64,000 bases of DNA from Klebsiella pneumoniae (GTDB lineage Bacteria; Pseudomonadota; Gammaproteobacteria; Ga0077536), in NCBI GenBank assembly GCA_945876945.1, contig CAMCQE010000002.1, forward strand, positions 2,985-66,984. Reading direction: 5' to 3'. Below the pieces are notes generated by a model, which made no database searches, was not told where the DNA came from, and worked only from the letters and a program-made list of their open reading frames with translations. Position 1 is the first letter of the stretch; the number at the start of each line of letters is the position of its first letter. Position numbers and translations under genes: made by a program. Below, in pieces: positions 7,796 to 16,581 of the stretch.

Positions 7796-9889
7796 TCAAG
7801 GCGCGGCGGGCAGCGTCCGCAGATAGTCTTTCAGCGCGAGGATTTCGGCCTCGCGCAGCACACCCTGCCAGGGCGGCATCATCGGCCCGCGCCCGACCGC
7901 CGTGCCCCCTTCGCGGATGGCGGTTAACAACTCCTCATCGGTCCGCCAGCGGTGAAAAGCCTGACTGGTGAAATCCGGCACAAAATCACCCAGCCGCTGC
8001 GCGTCCGGGCCATCGCCCTTGCCGCTCACGCCGTGGCAGCGCGCGCAGTTCACGCCGAACAGGCGTTGCGCGTCTGCGACGGAGACTGCCTGCACCACGC
8101 TGGCCACCGGCGGCGGCGCCTCGCCCTTCGGCACCAGCTTCGCGATCATGCCGGTGGGGTGGTCGTTGTCGCCCATCACGGCAATCAGCACCGCGCCGTC
8201 GGGCGCTTCAATCAAGGCGGTGACGCCGCGTTGCGCCACTTCAGTACTCCGCGCAATGGTCTGCCAGTGTTCGGACAAGGCCGGGGCATCGACCGGCATA
8301 CTCATGACCTCACCCGAATAGTTATCCATAAAAAGATATTGTCCCTGGAGCGACGGCCAGCGCTCCCCGCGATAGACCGTGCCACCAATCACGGAGCGCA
8401 AGAACGCGGTGTGCTGATAAAACAGCGCCGGCGGCTGCTCGCTGCCCTGCACGATCGGCGGACGCGCAAAGCCGCTTTGCGGGGTTTTGCCCTCCAGCCA
8501 GGGATATTGATAGTTGCCCCCCCGCACGATGCGGTTCACCTCTTCCCACACCGTTGAGCCCACGTCGCCCGCCCACAGCTCGCCGGTCTTGCGATCGAAA
8601 CTGATGCGGAACGGATTGCGCAGCCCGTGCGCCCAATACTCACCCAGCAGGTCGAACTGCCCGGCGTAGGGGTTGTCGCGCGGGATGAAATAGTTCGCCG
8701 TGTGCCCGTGCGCCGGCTGGCGGCTGGGCGGGCGCGAAATCTCGCCGCCGCGCTGGTCCACATCGAGCCGCAAGATGCCGCCCACCAGGCGACAGTCCAG
8801 CCGCTGATGGCACTCGGGAGCAGACGCCTCGCCCACCGAGACATACAAAAATCCATCCGGCCCAAACACCACCGCGCCCGCGTTGTGATAGCCGTCGTTG
8901 TTGCGCTCCTGCGCGATGAGCGGCGCCGCGCTGGCCAGGCGCCGCGCCGGATCGGGCTGCGCAAGGTCGTAGCGCGTGAGGTGATTGGTCTGTCCGTCGG
9001 CGCGATATTCGGTGTAGTAGATGTACACATAGCCCGCTTCCGGCCGGCCTGCCAGGCCGAACGCCGGATGGAGATCAAAGCCCAGCGCGCCGTTTTCCAT
9101 TTCCACATAGCCCACGCCGGGCGCGAGATTGAGCAACTGCGTGGCGTGCTGACCAGACGGATAGTCCGCGCGCCACAGTTCGCCGCCACGCGTCAGCACA
9201 TAAAGGGTGTTCGGATCGTGGCGGGCGAACTGCATCATGATCGGCGTGACGAAACGGGTCTCGCCCAGCGCGTTCGTTAGCGCGAAGGGATAGGCCGCGT
9301 GCACATTGGCCGCCACCCGCAGCGTCGTGACCCAGTTGGCGAAATCGCGATCGGTGGTGAAGCGTTTGGCCACCGCCACCGGCGAGAGCGCGAACACCAG
9401 CACCAGCCACACGAGCGGTGAACGAAGCAGCCGCAGGCTGGCGGTCATCAACTGGGTGAAGGCGGTGGCGAAGCGCCGGGACCGCCAGCCCGCCACGCCC
9501 ACGTAGAGCAGACCGAACAGCGCGAAGCTGATGAGCGTTGATTGCAGCAGCAGTTCGGGACTGAAGCTGATCGCGGTAAGCAGAAACAAACCCAGCGTGG
9601 CCATGACGATCCCGACCAGCAGCGCATAGCCTTCAGCCGCCGCCCGGCGGGGGCTGGCAAAAATGTCCCAGCCGGCGAGCAGCCGCAGGGCGAGCAGACT
9701 CAAGCCCGCCCCCGCCATCAATGCCAGCGCTACCACCCGCGTATCGGCGAAGCTGAAATCGATCTGCGGCAGATGCAGGAGGGCGCGAGGGATCAGGCGC
9801 AGCCGACTCGCCAGCGGGGCCGCCGCCAACACGCTCACGCCCACCAGCAAACACTCGACCAGCAGAATCCAAATTCGGGCCACAGGCAT
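7796..9889 (-). CDS. Membrane-anchored PQQ-type (glucose/sorbosone dehydrogenase family) beta-propeller fused to a C-terminal c-type cytochrome domain
   Basis: 697 aa. The N-terminal ~175 aa carry about 5 hydrophobic helices. The centre carries GLRNPFRISFDRKTGELWAGDVG and RGGNYQYPW. The C-terminus has CARCHG (CxxCH) and a downstream MMPPW Met-ligand region. Confidence 0.65.
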   Translation of the reverse strand: MPVARIWILLVECLLVGVSVLAAAPLASRLRLIPRALLHLPQIDFSFADTRVVALALMAGAGLSLLALRLLAGWDIFASPRRAAAEGYALLVGIVMATLGLFLLTAISFSPELLLQSTLISFALFGLLYVGVAGWRSRRFATAFTQLMTASLRLLRSPLVWLVLVFALSPVAVAKRFTTDRDFANWVTTLRVAANVHAAYPFALTNALGETRFVTPIMMQFARHDPNTLYVLTRGGELWRADYPSGQHATQLLNLAPGVGYVEMENGALGFDLHPAFGLAGRPEAGYVYIYYTEYRADGQTNHLTRYDLAQPDPARRLASAAPLIAQERNNDGYHNAGAVVFGPDGFLYVSVGEASAPECHQRLDCRLVGGILRLDVDQRGGEISRPPSRQPAHGHTANYFIPRDNPYAGQFDLLGEYWAHGLRNPFRISFDRKTGELWAGDVGSTVWEEVNRIVRGGNYQYPWLEGKTPQSGFARPPIVQGSEQPPALFYQHTAFLRSVIGGTVYRGERWPSLQGQYLFMDNYSGEVMSMPVDAPALSEHWQTIARSTEVAQRGVTALIEAPDGAVLIAVMGDNDHPTGMIAKLVPKGEAPPPVASVVQAVSVADAQRLFGVNCARCHGVSGKGDGPDAQRLGDFVPDFTSQAFHRWRTDEELLTAIREGGTAVGRGPMMPPWQGVLREAEILALKDYLRTLPAAP

Positions 9890-10015
9890 TCCTCTCCCGC
9901 GACAGGCGGGAGCGAACTATCCCGCGAGAACCGCGCCGGCAACTGATCAACATCAGGCGCGCGCCAAGTCTTGGACCGCAAGCTGCGCTCAACATCATGT
10001 GAAAGGAGCTGCCGT

Positions 10016-11851
10016 TTGCCTGACCGAAGTCGTTCCGCGCTCACGCGCCTGCTGGTGGGCATTGCGCTACACGCGCCGGTGCACGCCGAGGAAATCCTCG
10101 TCACCGCCAGCCGCACCGCACCGGATGGGGTTGCCGAGGTCGACGAGGCCAGCCTCAATCGCTGGCCAAACACCACCGTCTTGCCCGCGCTCAATCGCCT
10201 GCCCGGCGTGCGCGCCTTCAACAAGGGCGGGCAGAGCTATCTGTCGATCGAAGGCGGCGAGCCGAATTACGCACTGGTGCTGCTCGACGGCGTGCGTCTG
10301 AACGATCCCGGCAACTCACAGGGCGGCGCCTTCGACTTCATGCAGCTGCCGCCGGCGGTGCTGTCGCGCGTGGCAGTCTCAAGCGGCGTGCTGTCTGCGA
10401 CGCAGGGCGCGGATGCCTTGTCCGGCGTAGTCCAAATGAAGCTGCGCGAGGCCGCGCCGCACGAACAGAGCACCACACTGTCGACGTCGGTGGACAGCAC
10501 CGGCGGCTTTGGCGGCGACGCCACGCTGGCGGTGGGCACCGGCAACGGCGGCCTTGTCTTCGGCGGCGGCGGCATGGACAGCGGCGGCCTGACCGACGGC
10601 GTCGATCTCGCGCGCCAATACGGCGTGCTCAAAATCGACCGGCAGCTGGGGGCACTCAAGGTGTCGAGCTTCGTGCTGGGCAGCCAGAGCGGCCGTCGGG
10701 AATTTCCGGAAGACAGCGGGGGCCCGCGGCTGGCGGTGAATCGCGAACGCGAAACGCGCCAGACCGAGATGACCGTGGCCGCCATCGATTTCTCGGCCGT
10801 GGACGCCGCCATACTGAAACCGCATCTGGCCGTGCGCTGGAGCGCGCAGAACGCCGAGGTGATGACGCCCGCGATTGCCCCGGGCGTGCTGCAGGGCGTG
10901 CCCGCGATCCGGGCCGATACCCGTCTGGAACGCATCAACGTGCTGGCCGATGTGCTCGCCAAACCGTTTCAGTCGCTCACCTTCGCGCTCGGCGCCGAGT
11001 ACAGCCATGAAGCGGGCCGGAATCAGGGCGCGATAGATTTCGGCGGCTGGCTGCCGGCCAACTTCGAGCGCTCACGGGAAATGGCGAGCGGCTTTGCAGA
11101 GGCGAGCTTCCGTCCCGGCGCGCTGGTGGGGATCACGCTCGGCGCGCGAGTGGATGCCCCCAATCAGGGACCGGCCGAGTGGAGCGGGCGGGCGCGCCTG
11201 GAACTCACGCCGCTGGACGACGGCCCGCTGCTGTTTGCGAGCGTGGCCACGGGCTTCAAGCTGCCGAGCCTCTACGCGCTCGGCTACCCCCTGATCGCCA
11301 ACCCGATGCTCAAGCCAGAGCGGGCGCGCAGTCTGGAAGCGGGGCTCGAAGGCAGCGGCGCGACGCACTGGCGTGCGGCAGTGTTTGAGCATCGGTATCG
11401 GGATTTGATCGACTTCGACCCCGTTCTGTTCACCAACGTGAACCGCGCGCAGGTCGCCACCCGTGGCGTACAAACCCGCATCGAACGCGAATTCGCCACC
11501 CGCTGGCTCGCGCGGGGCTCGCTCGGCTGGCTCGATATTGAGAGTGCGACGCCGCTCCGCGCGCGTCCGCGCTGGCAGGGCGCGGCCGAAGTGGTCTGGC
11601 AGACCAGCCCAAGTCTGGAATCGAGCCTCGCGCTGTCCTTCAACGATGAGTACAAGGACAGCGCCATCCCCACCGGACTCATTCGCGCGCCGGGACACGC
11701 GCTGCTGGATGCGGGCTTTCGCTGGCAGGCGAATCCCACGCTTGCTCTGGCGCTCGCCTTGCGTAACGCGCTCGCCGCCGACTACGAAGACGCCGTGGGA
11801 TTTCCGGCCCCGGGCCGCACGCTGTGGCTCAGCGTGCAGCTGTGGATTTAG
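10016..11851 (+). CDS. TonB-dependent outer-membrane receptor (BtuB-sized, ~611 aa)
   Basis: ORF 9971..11851, start trimmed to TTG 10016 (AAGGAG 7 nt upstream). Signal peptide ends ...HAPVHA. TonB-box-like EEILVTASR. Plug motifs LPGVRAFNKGG and YALVLLDGVRLNDP. C-terminal beta-strand ends in ...LWLSVQLWI. Confidence 0.8.
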   Translation: MPDRSRSALTRLLVGIALHAPVHAEEILVTASRTAPDGVAEVDEASLNRWPNTTVLPALNRLPGVRAFNKGGQSYLSIEGGEPNYALVLLDGVRLNDPGNSQGGAFDFMQLPPAVLSRVAVSSGVLSATQGADALSGVVQMKLREAAPHEQSTTLSTSVDSTGGFGGDATLAVGTGNGGLVFGGGGMDSGGLTDGVDLARQYGVLKIDRQLGALKVSSFVLGSQSGRREFPEDSGGPRLAVNRERETRQTEMTVAAIDFSAVDAAILKPHLAVRWSAQNAEVMTPAIAPGVLQGVPAIRADTRLERINVLADVLAKPFQSLTFALGAEYSHEAGRNQGAIDFGGWLPANFERSREMASGFAEASFRPGALVGITLGARVDAPNQGPAEWSGRARLELTPLDDGPLLFASVATGFKLPSLYALGYPLIANPMLKPERARSLEAGLEGSGATHWRAAVFEHRYRDLIDFDPVLFTNVNRAQVATRGVQTRIEREFATRWLARGSLGWLDIESATPLRARPRWQGAAEVVWQTSPSLESSLALSFNDEYKDSAIPTGLIRAPGHALLDAGFRWQANPTLALALALRNALAADYEDAVGFPAPGRTLWLSVQLWI

Positions 11852-11934
11852 GGGGCCAATTCGCGGCGTCTACGGTGACCCGGCACTAGTTCGCGGCCGG
11901 CAGGCCGCTCCCACAGGGCCTTGGTATCGGCGAA

Positions 11935-13017
11935 TTAGCGAAACGCCGGCATCACGTATTCCGCGAAGTCCCGCAGCACTTTGCGTTCGCAGTCCATCGG
12001 CGGCCACAGATCGAGCTCCTTGATACCGCCGGCTTCGAGCCGTTTGATGTGCTCGATGAGCTCATCCGGCTCACCCACCAGCGCGCTCGATTTGATCGCA
12101 TCCGGCGTGATGAAGCGGCGTTCGGCCGGATTGAGATACACCAGATGACCGTCGTGGATCTGCCGGAAGCGCGCGTTTTCGGGCAGGCTCATGTTCTCCA
12201 CGTGCGCCAGATATTCCGGCCAGATCGACTGGAAGTACGGCGGAATGATCGCGTCGTTGCAACCGTTGTCTTTCCACACTTCGTAGAAGAAATGCAGCTC
12301 ACAGGCGACCCAGCTACCGGTCTCATCGATGATGCGGTCGTCGGTGAGTTTGTCGCCCGGCCGCAGCACGCAGCTGCTGGCGATGAACGCGGTGTGGAAA
12401 TCGTCGGGGAGCGTGCGGCCCGCCTTGCTGGCGCCGGTCTGGATGGCGGCCATCTTGGGCGCCACCACTTCCGGCTCGCCGCCCACCGTGATCCAGCCGT
12501 CGCCATATTTGCCGGTCGCTTCGAGCGCCTTCGGGCCGTTGGCCGCCACGTAGATCGGAATGCGGTGGTCGATGTCGATAAAGCCGCGCTCGCGATGCAG
12601 GAACTGGATTTCGCGCGTCTGGCCGTTGTAGGTGTAATCCACCGCCTCGCCGTCGAGCAGCGCGCGCACCACGCGCAGGTACTCGCGGAATTCGCCCACC
12701 CGCATCGGGTCCTGACCCATCACCCGCATCGCGGTATGGCCGGTGCCGATGCCCAGAAACGTGCGGCCCGGCGCAATCGCGTTGATGGTGGCGATGGAAT
12801 GCGCGGTGACCGGCGCGATCCGGGTGCCGGTAATCGACACGCCGGTGCCGAGTTTGATGCGCTTGGTGTGATGGGCGGCGAGCGCCATGGTGGCGTAGCA
12901 GTCCGACCAGATCATCTGCGAGTCGCCTACCCAGGCGCGGTCGAAGCCAAGCTCCTCGGCGTAGCGAATGATGTCCCAGTTGTTGATGTGCGTGCTGACG
13001 CCAATCCCGAATTGCAT
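11935..13017 (-). CDS. Luciferase-like monooxygenase (LLM) class flavin/F420-type oxidoreductase
   Basis: 360 aa. MQFGIGVS...YAEELGFDRAWVGDSQ...LGTGVS...GRTFLGIGTGH is typical of the LLM/Mer-like TIM barrel. Confidence 0.65.
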   Translation of the reverse strand: MQFGIGVSTHINNWDIIRYAEELGFDRAWVGDSQMIWSDCYATMALAAHHTKRIKLGTGVSITGTRIAPVTAHSIATINAIAPGRTFLGIGTGHTAMRVMGQDPMRVGEFREYLRVVRALLDGEAVDYTYNGQTREIQFLHRERGFIDIDHRIPIYVAANGPKALEATGKYGDGWITVGGEPEVVAPKMAAIQTGASKAGRTLPDDFHTAFIASSCVLRPGDKLTDDRIIDETGSWVACELHFFYEVWKDNGCNDAIIPPYFQSIWPEYLAHVENMSLPENARFRQIHDGHLVYLNPAERRFITPDAIKSSALVGEPDELIEHIKRLEAGGIKELDLWPPMDCERKVLRDFAEYVMPAFR

Positions 13018-13147
13018 GAAGCCTCTCCCCTGTTTGTTTTAACGAATACCGGCCGCTGCGGGCGCGCCCAGGCGCTGATATTGCGACCGGGGTAAGGCCC
13101 GGGCAAGCTGCGGCCCGCGCCCTCCCGTCTTTTTGGAAACCACTGCG

Positions 13148-13609
13148 ATGACGACATGCGATTGGCGCTGGTTGGCGTTCGATGAACTCAGCGGCCAGCA
13201 GGTCTACGACATTCTCCGCTTACGCGGGCGGGTGTTCATCCTTGAGCAAGCCTGTCCGTATCTCGATCCGGACGGCGTTGACCCGTTGTGCTGGCACGGC
13301 TTAGGCCGTCTGAACGGCGCGCTGGTGGCCACAGCGCGCGTGGTGCCACCGGGCATTAGATACGCGGAGCCTTCGATTGGGCGGGTGGTGAGCACGCCGG
13401 AAGTGCGGCGCACCGGTGTGGGGTGGGCGCTGATGCGCGAGGCGATCGCGCAGGTCGAAGCGCGCTATCCGGGACAGGCGATCCGCATCGGCGCGCAGCA
13501 ATATCTGGCGCAGTTTTACGGCGCGCTCGGTTTCGTGGCCGTCACCGCGCCGTATGACGAAGACGGCATCCCGCATCTCGAGATGCTGCGCGCAGCGCCC
13601 ACCGCTTGA
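13148..13609 (+). CDS. elaA: GNAT-family N-acetyltransferase, ElaA-like
   Basis: ORF 13133..13609, trimmed to ATG 13148. YDILRLRGRVFILEQACPYLDPDGVD closely resembles the E. coli ElaA N-terminus. RRTGVGWALM is the acetyl-CoA loop. Confidence 0.7.
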   Translation: MTTCDWRWLAFDELSGQQVYDILRLRGRVFILEQACPYLDPDGVDPLCWHGLGRLNGALVATARVVPPGIRYAEPSIGRVVSTPEVRRTGVGWALMREAIAQVEARYPGQAIRIGAQQYLAQFYGALGFVAVTAPYDEDGIPHLEMLRAAPTA

Positions 13610-13739
13610 GCCCACCGCCGTGCCCCTGTCGGAAGGGGCAGCGGGCGGCTTAAGATTCCACCACTGGCGCCTCAGACGTCAGCGCCATTCACAACAACAG
13701 CCGCGCGCGCTGCGCGACGGTTTGAGGGGAGCACCGTTC

Positions 13740-14816
13740 ATGTCAGCGCCGATGGCCATTGTTACGCCAGATCAGGTCACGCCCGCCTGGATTACCCAAG
13801 CCCTGCACGCCCGCGGCATCGACGCCCGCGTCGCCCGCCTTGAAAGCGAAGGCGTTGGCACCGGCCAGCTCGGGGAAACGCGCCGGTTTTTCCTGCACTA
13901 CGAGGGCCCGACGGCGCCGGACGCGCCACGCACGGTGGTCGGCAAATTCAGCTCGCCCAACGAGGTGGCCCGCAAGACCGGCTGCGAGATGGGCTTCTAT
14001 AAATCCGAAGTCATGTTCTATCGCGAACTCAGTCATCGCGCCGGCATCCGCACGCCCTCGGTGTTTGTGGCGGAGCTCGATCCGGTTACCAATGATTTTG
14101 TGCTGCTGCTAGAGGATCTGGCGCCGGCCAAGCAGGGCGACCAGATGCGCGGCTGCACGATCGCAGAAGCGCAGGCGGCGTTGTCGGAAGCCGCCCGCCT
14201 GCACGCCGCCTTCTGGAACGACGAATCGCTGCTCACCGCCGACTGGTGCTATGTGCCGCCGGGCGCGCAGGGCTTCTACACCACGGCGCTTATTGAGCAG
14301 AGCTGGGATCACGTGAAGAAGCACTACGACGGCTGGCTCTCGCCGGAAGTGCAGGACGTCTGCGCCAAGTACGTGCGCAACCACGCCTACTGGAACCGCC
14401 CCCGCCAGTTCCCGAAAGTCTTCTCGCACAACGATTTCCGCCCGGACAACATGATGTTCCACCCCGGCCAGCGGGTTGCGGTGGTGGACTGGCAGACCAG
14501 CAACTTCCTCGGCACCGGCATGGACGTCGCCTACTTCCTTGGTGGCGCGCTGTCGCGAGAAGTCCGCCAGGCGAATGAGCAGGCCCTGTTGCAGGGCTAC
14601 CACGCCGAACTGCTCGCCCTGGGCGTGAAGGATTATTCCTTCGAGCATTTGATGGCCGACTATCGCCACTACAGCTTCGCCGTGATCGCGGTGGCCATCG
14701 CGGCGACCCTCATCGTGAAGCGCACCGAACGCGGCGACGCCATGTTGATGCAAATGACGATTGGTGGCGCGCTGCAGGCGCTCGACAACCACGCGCTCGA
14801 CCTTCTGCCAGATTGA
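13740..14816 (+). CDS. Protein-kinase-fold small-molecule phosphotransferase (APH / CHK / ecdysteroid-kinase-like family)
   Basis: ORF 13554..14816, trimmed to ATG 13740 (GAGGGGAG SD). Catalytic loop HNDFRPDNMMF and metal-binding VVDWQT. An N-lobe Lys region is present. Confidence 0.65.
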   Translation: MSAPMAIVTPDQVTPAWITQALHARGIDARVARLESEGVGTGQLGETRRFFLHYEGPTAPDAPRTVVGKFSSPNEVARKTGCEMGFYKSEVMFYRELSHRAGIRTPSVFVAELDPVTNDFVLLLEDLAPAKQGDQMRGCTIAEAQAALSEAARLHAAFWNDESLLTADWCYVPPGAQGFYTTALIEQSWDHVKKHYDGWLSPEVQDVCAKYVRNHAYWNRPRQFPKVFSHNDFRPDNMMFHPGQRVAVVDWQTSNFLGTGMDVAYFLGGALSREVRQANEQALLQGYHAELLALGVKDYSFEHLMADYRHYSFAVIAVAIAATLIVKRTERGDAMLMQMTIGGALQALDNHALDLLPD

Positions 14817-14826
14817 GACTCCGCCC

Positions 14827-15513
14827 ATGAAACTCGCCAAACCGCATTTGGACCTCGGCCTCTTCACCGCCAATATCGCCGCGCATGACGCTTTCTGGGG
14901 CGAGGCCGTTGGGCTCCGGCTCGACCACAAGCTGCCGGTGGGCAACGGCTGGGTGCAGCACCGCTACGACGCGCACAACTCGGTGGTCAAGGTGAACGAT
15001 TACGCGGCGGCGATGCCGGACTGGCCGGCCTCCGGCTATGTGGGTCTCACGATTGCTCGCGAAGGCGCGAGCCACTGGGAAGGCCAACATCCCGACGGCG
15101 GGCGAGTGCGCGTGGTGCCGCCGGGCACCGACGGCGTGACGAAAATCGGCATCACCGTGAGCACGCCGAATCCGGCACGCATGATGGCGTTTTACCTGAA
15201 GGCCATGGAGTTTGAGCAGGCCGGCCCAAACGTCGCCCGCTGCGGGGACAGCCTGCTATTTGTGGAAGAGGGGCCTGGTGGCAGTTGGCACGAGGACTTC
15301 ATCGCGCCGGGCTGGCGTTATCTCACCGTCCAGATTTTCGACGCCGACGAGGCTTGCGAAGGGATCGTGGCGCGCGGCGGCCGGCTGGCGCGGGCGCCGA
15401 TTAGCCTCGGGCAAGTGGCGCGCTTCGGCTTTGTGGCCGATCCGGACGGCAACTGGATAGAAATCTCGGCCCGCATGTCGCTGACCGGCATCGCGCCGAA
15501 GCCCGACGCCTGA
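14827..15513 (+). CDS. VOC (glyoxalase / bleomycin-resistance / dioxygenase fold) family protein
   Basis: ORF 14761..15513, trimmed to ATG 14827, 10 nt after the kinase stop. The C-terminal module RYLTVQIFDADEA...FGFVADPDGNWIEI is typical of VOC proteins. Confidence 0.6.
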   Translation: MKLAKPHLDLGLFTANIAAHDAFWGEAVGLRLDHKLPVGNGWVQHRYDAHNSVVKVNDYAAAMPDWPASGYVGLTIAREGASHWEGQHPDGGRVRVVPPGTDGVTKIGITVSTPNPARMMAFYLKAMEFEQAGPNVARCGDSLLFVEEGPGGSWHEDFIAPGWRYLTVQIFDADEACEGIVARGGRLARAPISLGQVARFGFVADPDGNWIEISARMSLTGIAPKPDA

Positions 15514-15517
15514 GGCT

Positions 15518-16102
15518 TCAGCCCAGCGCGTGGGGCACGCCGGCGGCGCTGAGCAGCGCCTGCGTTTCGGCCAGCGGCAGCCCCACCACATTGGAGTAGC
15601 TGCCTTCAATGCGCTCGATGAGCGCCCCGCCCAAACCCTGAATGCCGTAACCGCCGGCCTTGTCTGCCGGCTCACCGCTCGCCCAGTACGCGGTCATTTC
15701 CTCAACCGTGAGCGGGCGAAAGCGCACGCGCGTGACGACTGTGGCCGCATGCTGCCGATCTGCGGTCGCCACCACCACGCCCGTATAAACCTCGTGCCAC
15801 TGACCGGCCAATAAGCGCAGCATGCGCAGGCCATCTTGGCGGTCGACCGGCTTGCCGAAGATTTCTTCCCCACACACCACCGTGGTGTCCGCCGCCAGCA
15901 CGGGGAGCGCGCGCGGGGCGTGCAGGGCGCCCGCCGCCGCTTTGGCGGCGGCAAGACGCGCCACATAGGCCGGCGCCGCTTCAGTCGCATGGACCGATTC
16001 ATCCACCTCCACATCGAGCGGTGCAAAGGCGACACCCAAGGTGCGCAGCAACTCGGCGCGACGCGGCGAGCGGGAAGCGAGCCAGAGCGTGGGAGGCGTC
16101 AT
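15518..16102 (-). CDS. maf: Maf-like nucleoside-triphosphate pyrophosphatase
   Basis: ORF 15518..16297, trimmed to the ATG at 16102 (ATGA overlap with the rlmH stop). LWLASRSPRRAELL and AGGYGIQG. Confidence 0.85.
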   Translation of the reverse strand: MTPPTLWLASRSPRRAELLRTLGVAFAPLDVEVDESVHATEAAPAYVARLAAAKAAAGALHAPRALPVLAADTTVVCGEEIFGKPVDRQDGLRMLRLLAGQWHEVYTGVVVATADRQHAATVVTRVRFRPLTVEEMTAYWASGEPADKAGGYGIQGLGGALIERIEGSYSNVVGLPLAETQALLSAAGVPHALG

Positions 16103-16563
16103 GCGCGGTGATAAGGGTGGTGATTGAGGATGGACCAGGCGCGGTAGATCTGTTCGATGACGATCACCCGCACCAGCGCATGCGGCAAGGTGAGCGGTGA
16201 GAGTGACCAGACCTCGCGCGCGGCTGAGCGCGTTTGTGGCGCGTGGCCTTCGGCACCGCCAATGGCGAGCACTACATCGCCGCCGCGCGTTCGCCAATCT
16301 TCAAGACGGGTGGCCAGCTGCTGGGTGGTCCAGGCCGCACCGCGTTCATCCAGCGCCACCAGCCAGGCGTTGTCCGGCAGGGCTTTCAGCAGGGTCTGAC
16401 CTTCGCGCTCGCGCTGCTGATCAACGCTGGCCGCGCCGGTATAGGGCGCTATCTCACGCGGCCGAAAATCGAGCTGGCCGGTGAGTCGTTTGAGATATTC
16501 GTTGCTGGCTTCCGCCGCCCAGGCCGGCGGCCGGCGCGCTACACAGTAGAGGTGCAGCCGCAC
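16099..16563 (-). CDS. rlmH: 23S rRNA (pseudouridine1915-N3)-methyltransferase
   Basis: 154 aa. LAIGGAEGH and PLTLPHALVRVIVIEQIYRAWSI. Confidence 0.9.
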   Translation of the reverse strand: MRLHLYCVARRPPAWAAEASNEYLKRLTGQLDFRPREIAPYTGAASVDQQREREGQTLLKALPDNAWLVALDERGAAWTTQQLATRLEDWRTRGGDVVLAIGGAEGHAPQTRSAAREVWSLSPLTLPHALVRVIVIEQIYRAWSILNHHPYHRA

Positions 16564-16581
16564 GGCCCGGAACCCAGCGGC

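Noticed and set aside
9894-9912. SD-covering hairpin CTCCCGC-ctgtc-GCGGGAG before the quinoprotein gene, as an independent regulatory element
   Set aside because: It is a short 7-bp stem built from the SD itself in GC-rich DNA, which plausibly arises by chance. It is mentioned only as context for the desA leader.
9890-10015. Possible cobalamin riboswitch ahead of the BtuB-sized TonB-dependent receptor
   Set aside because: Only 126 nt are shared with a divergent gene, I found no B12-box-like GCCACTG core, and the region is too short for the riboswitch plus two promoters.
12049-13095. 348-aa + strand ORF
   Set aside because: Antisense to the LLM oxidoreductase, whose own translation has family-typical motifs.
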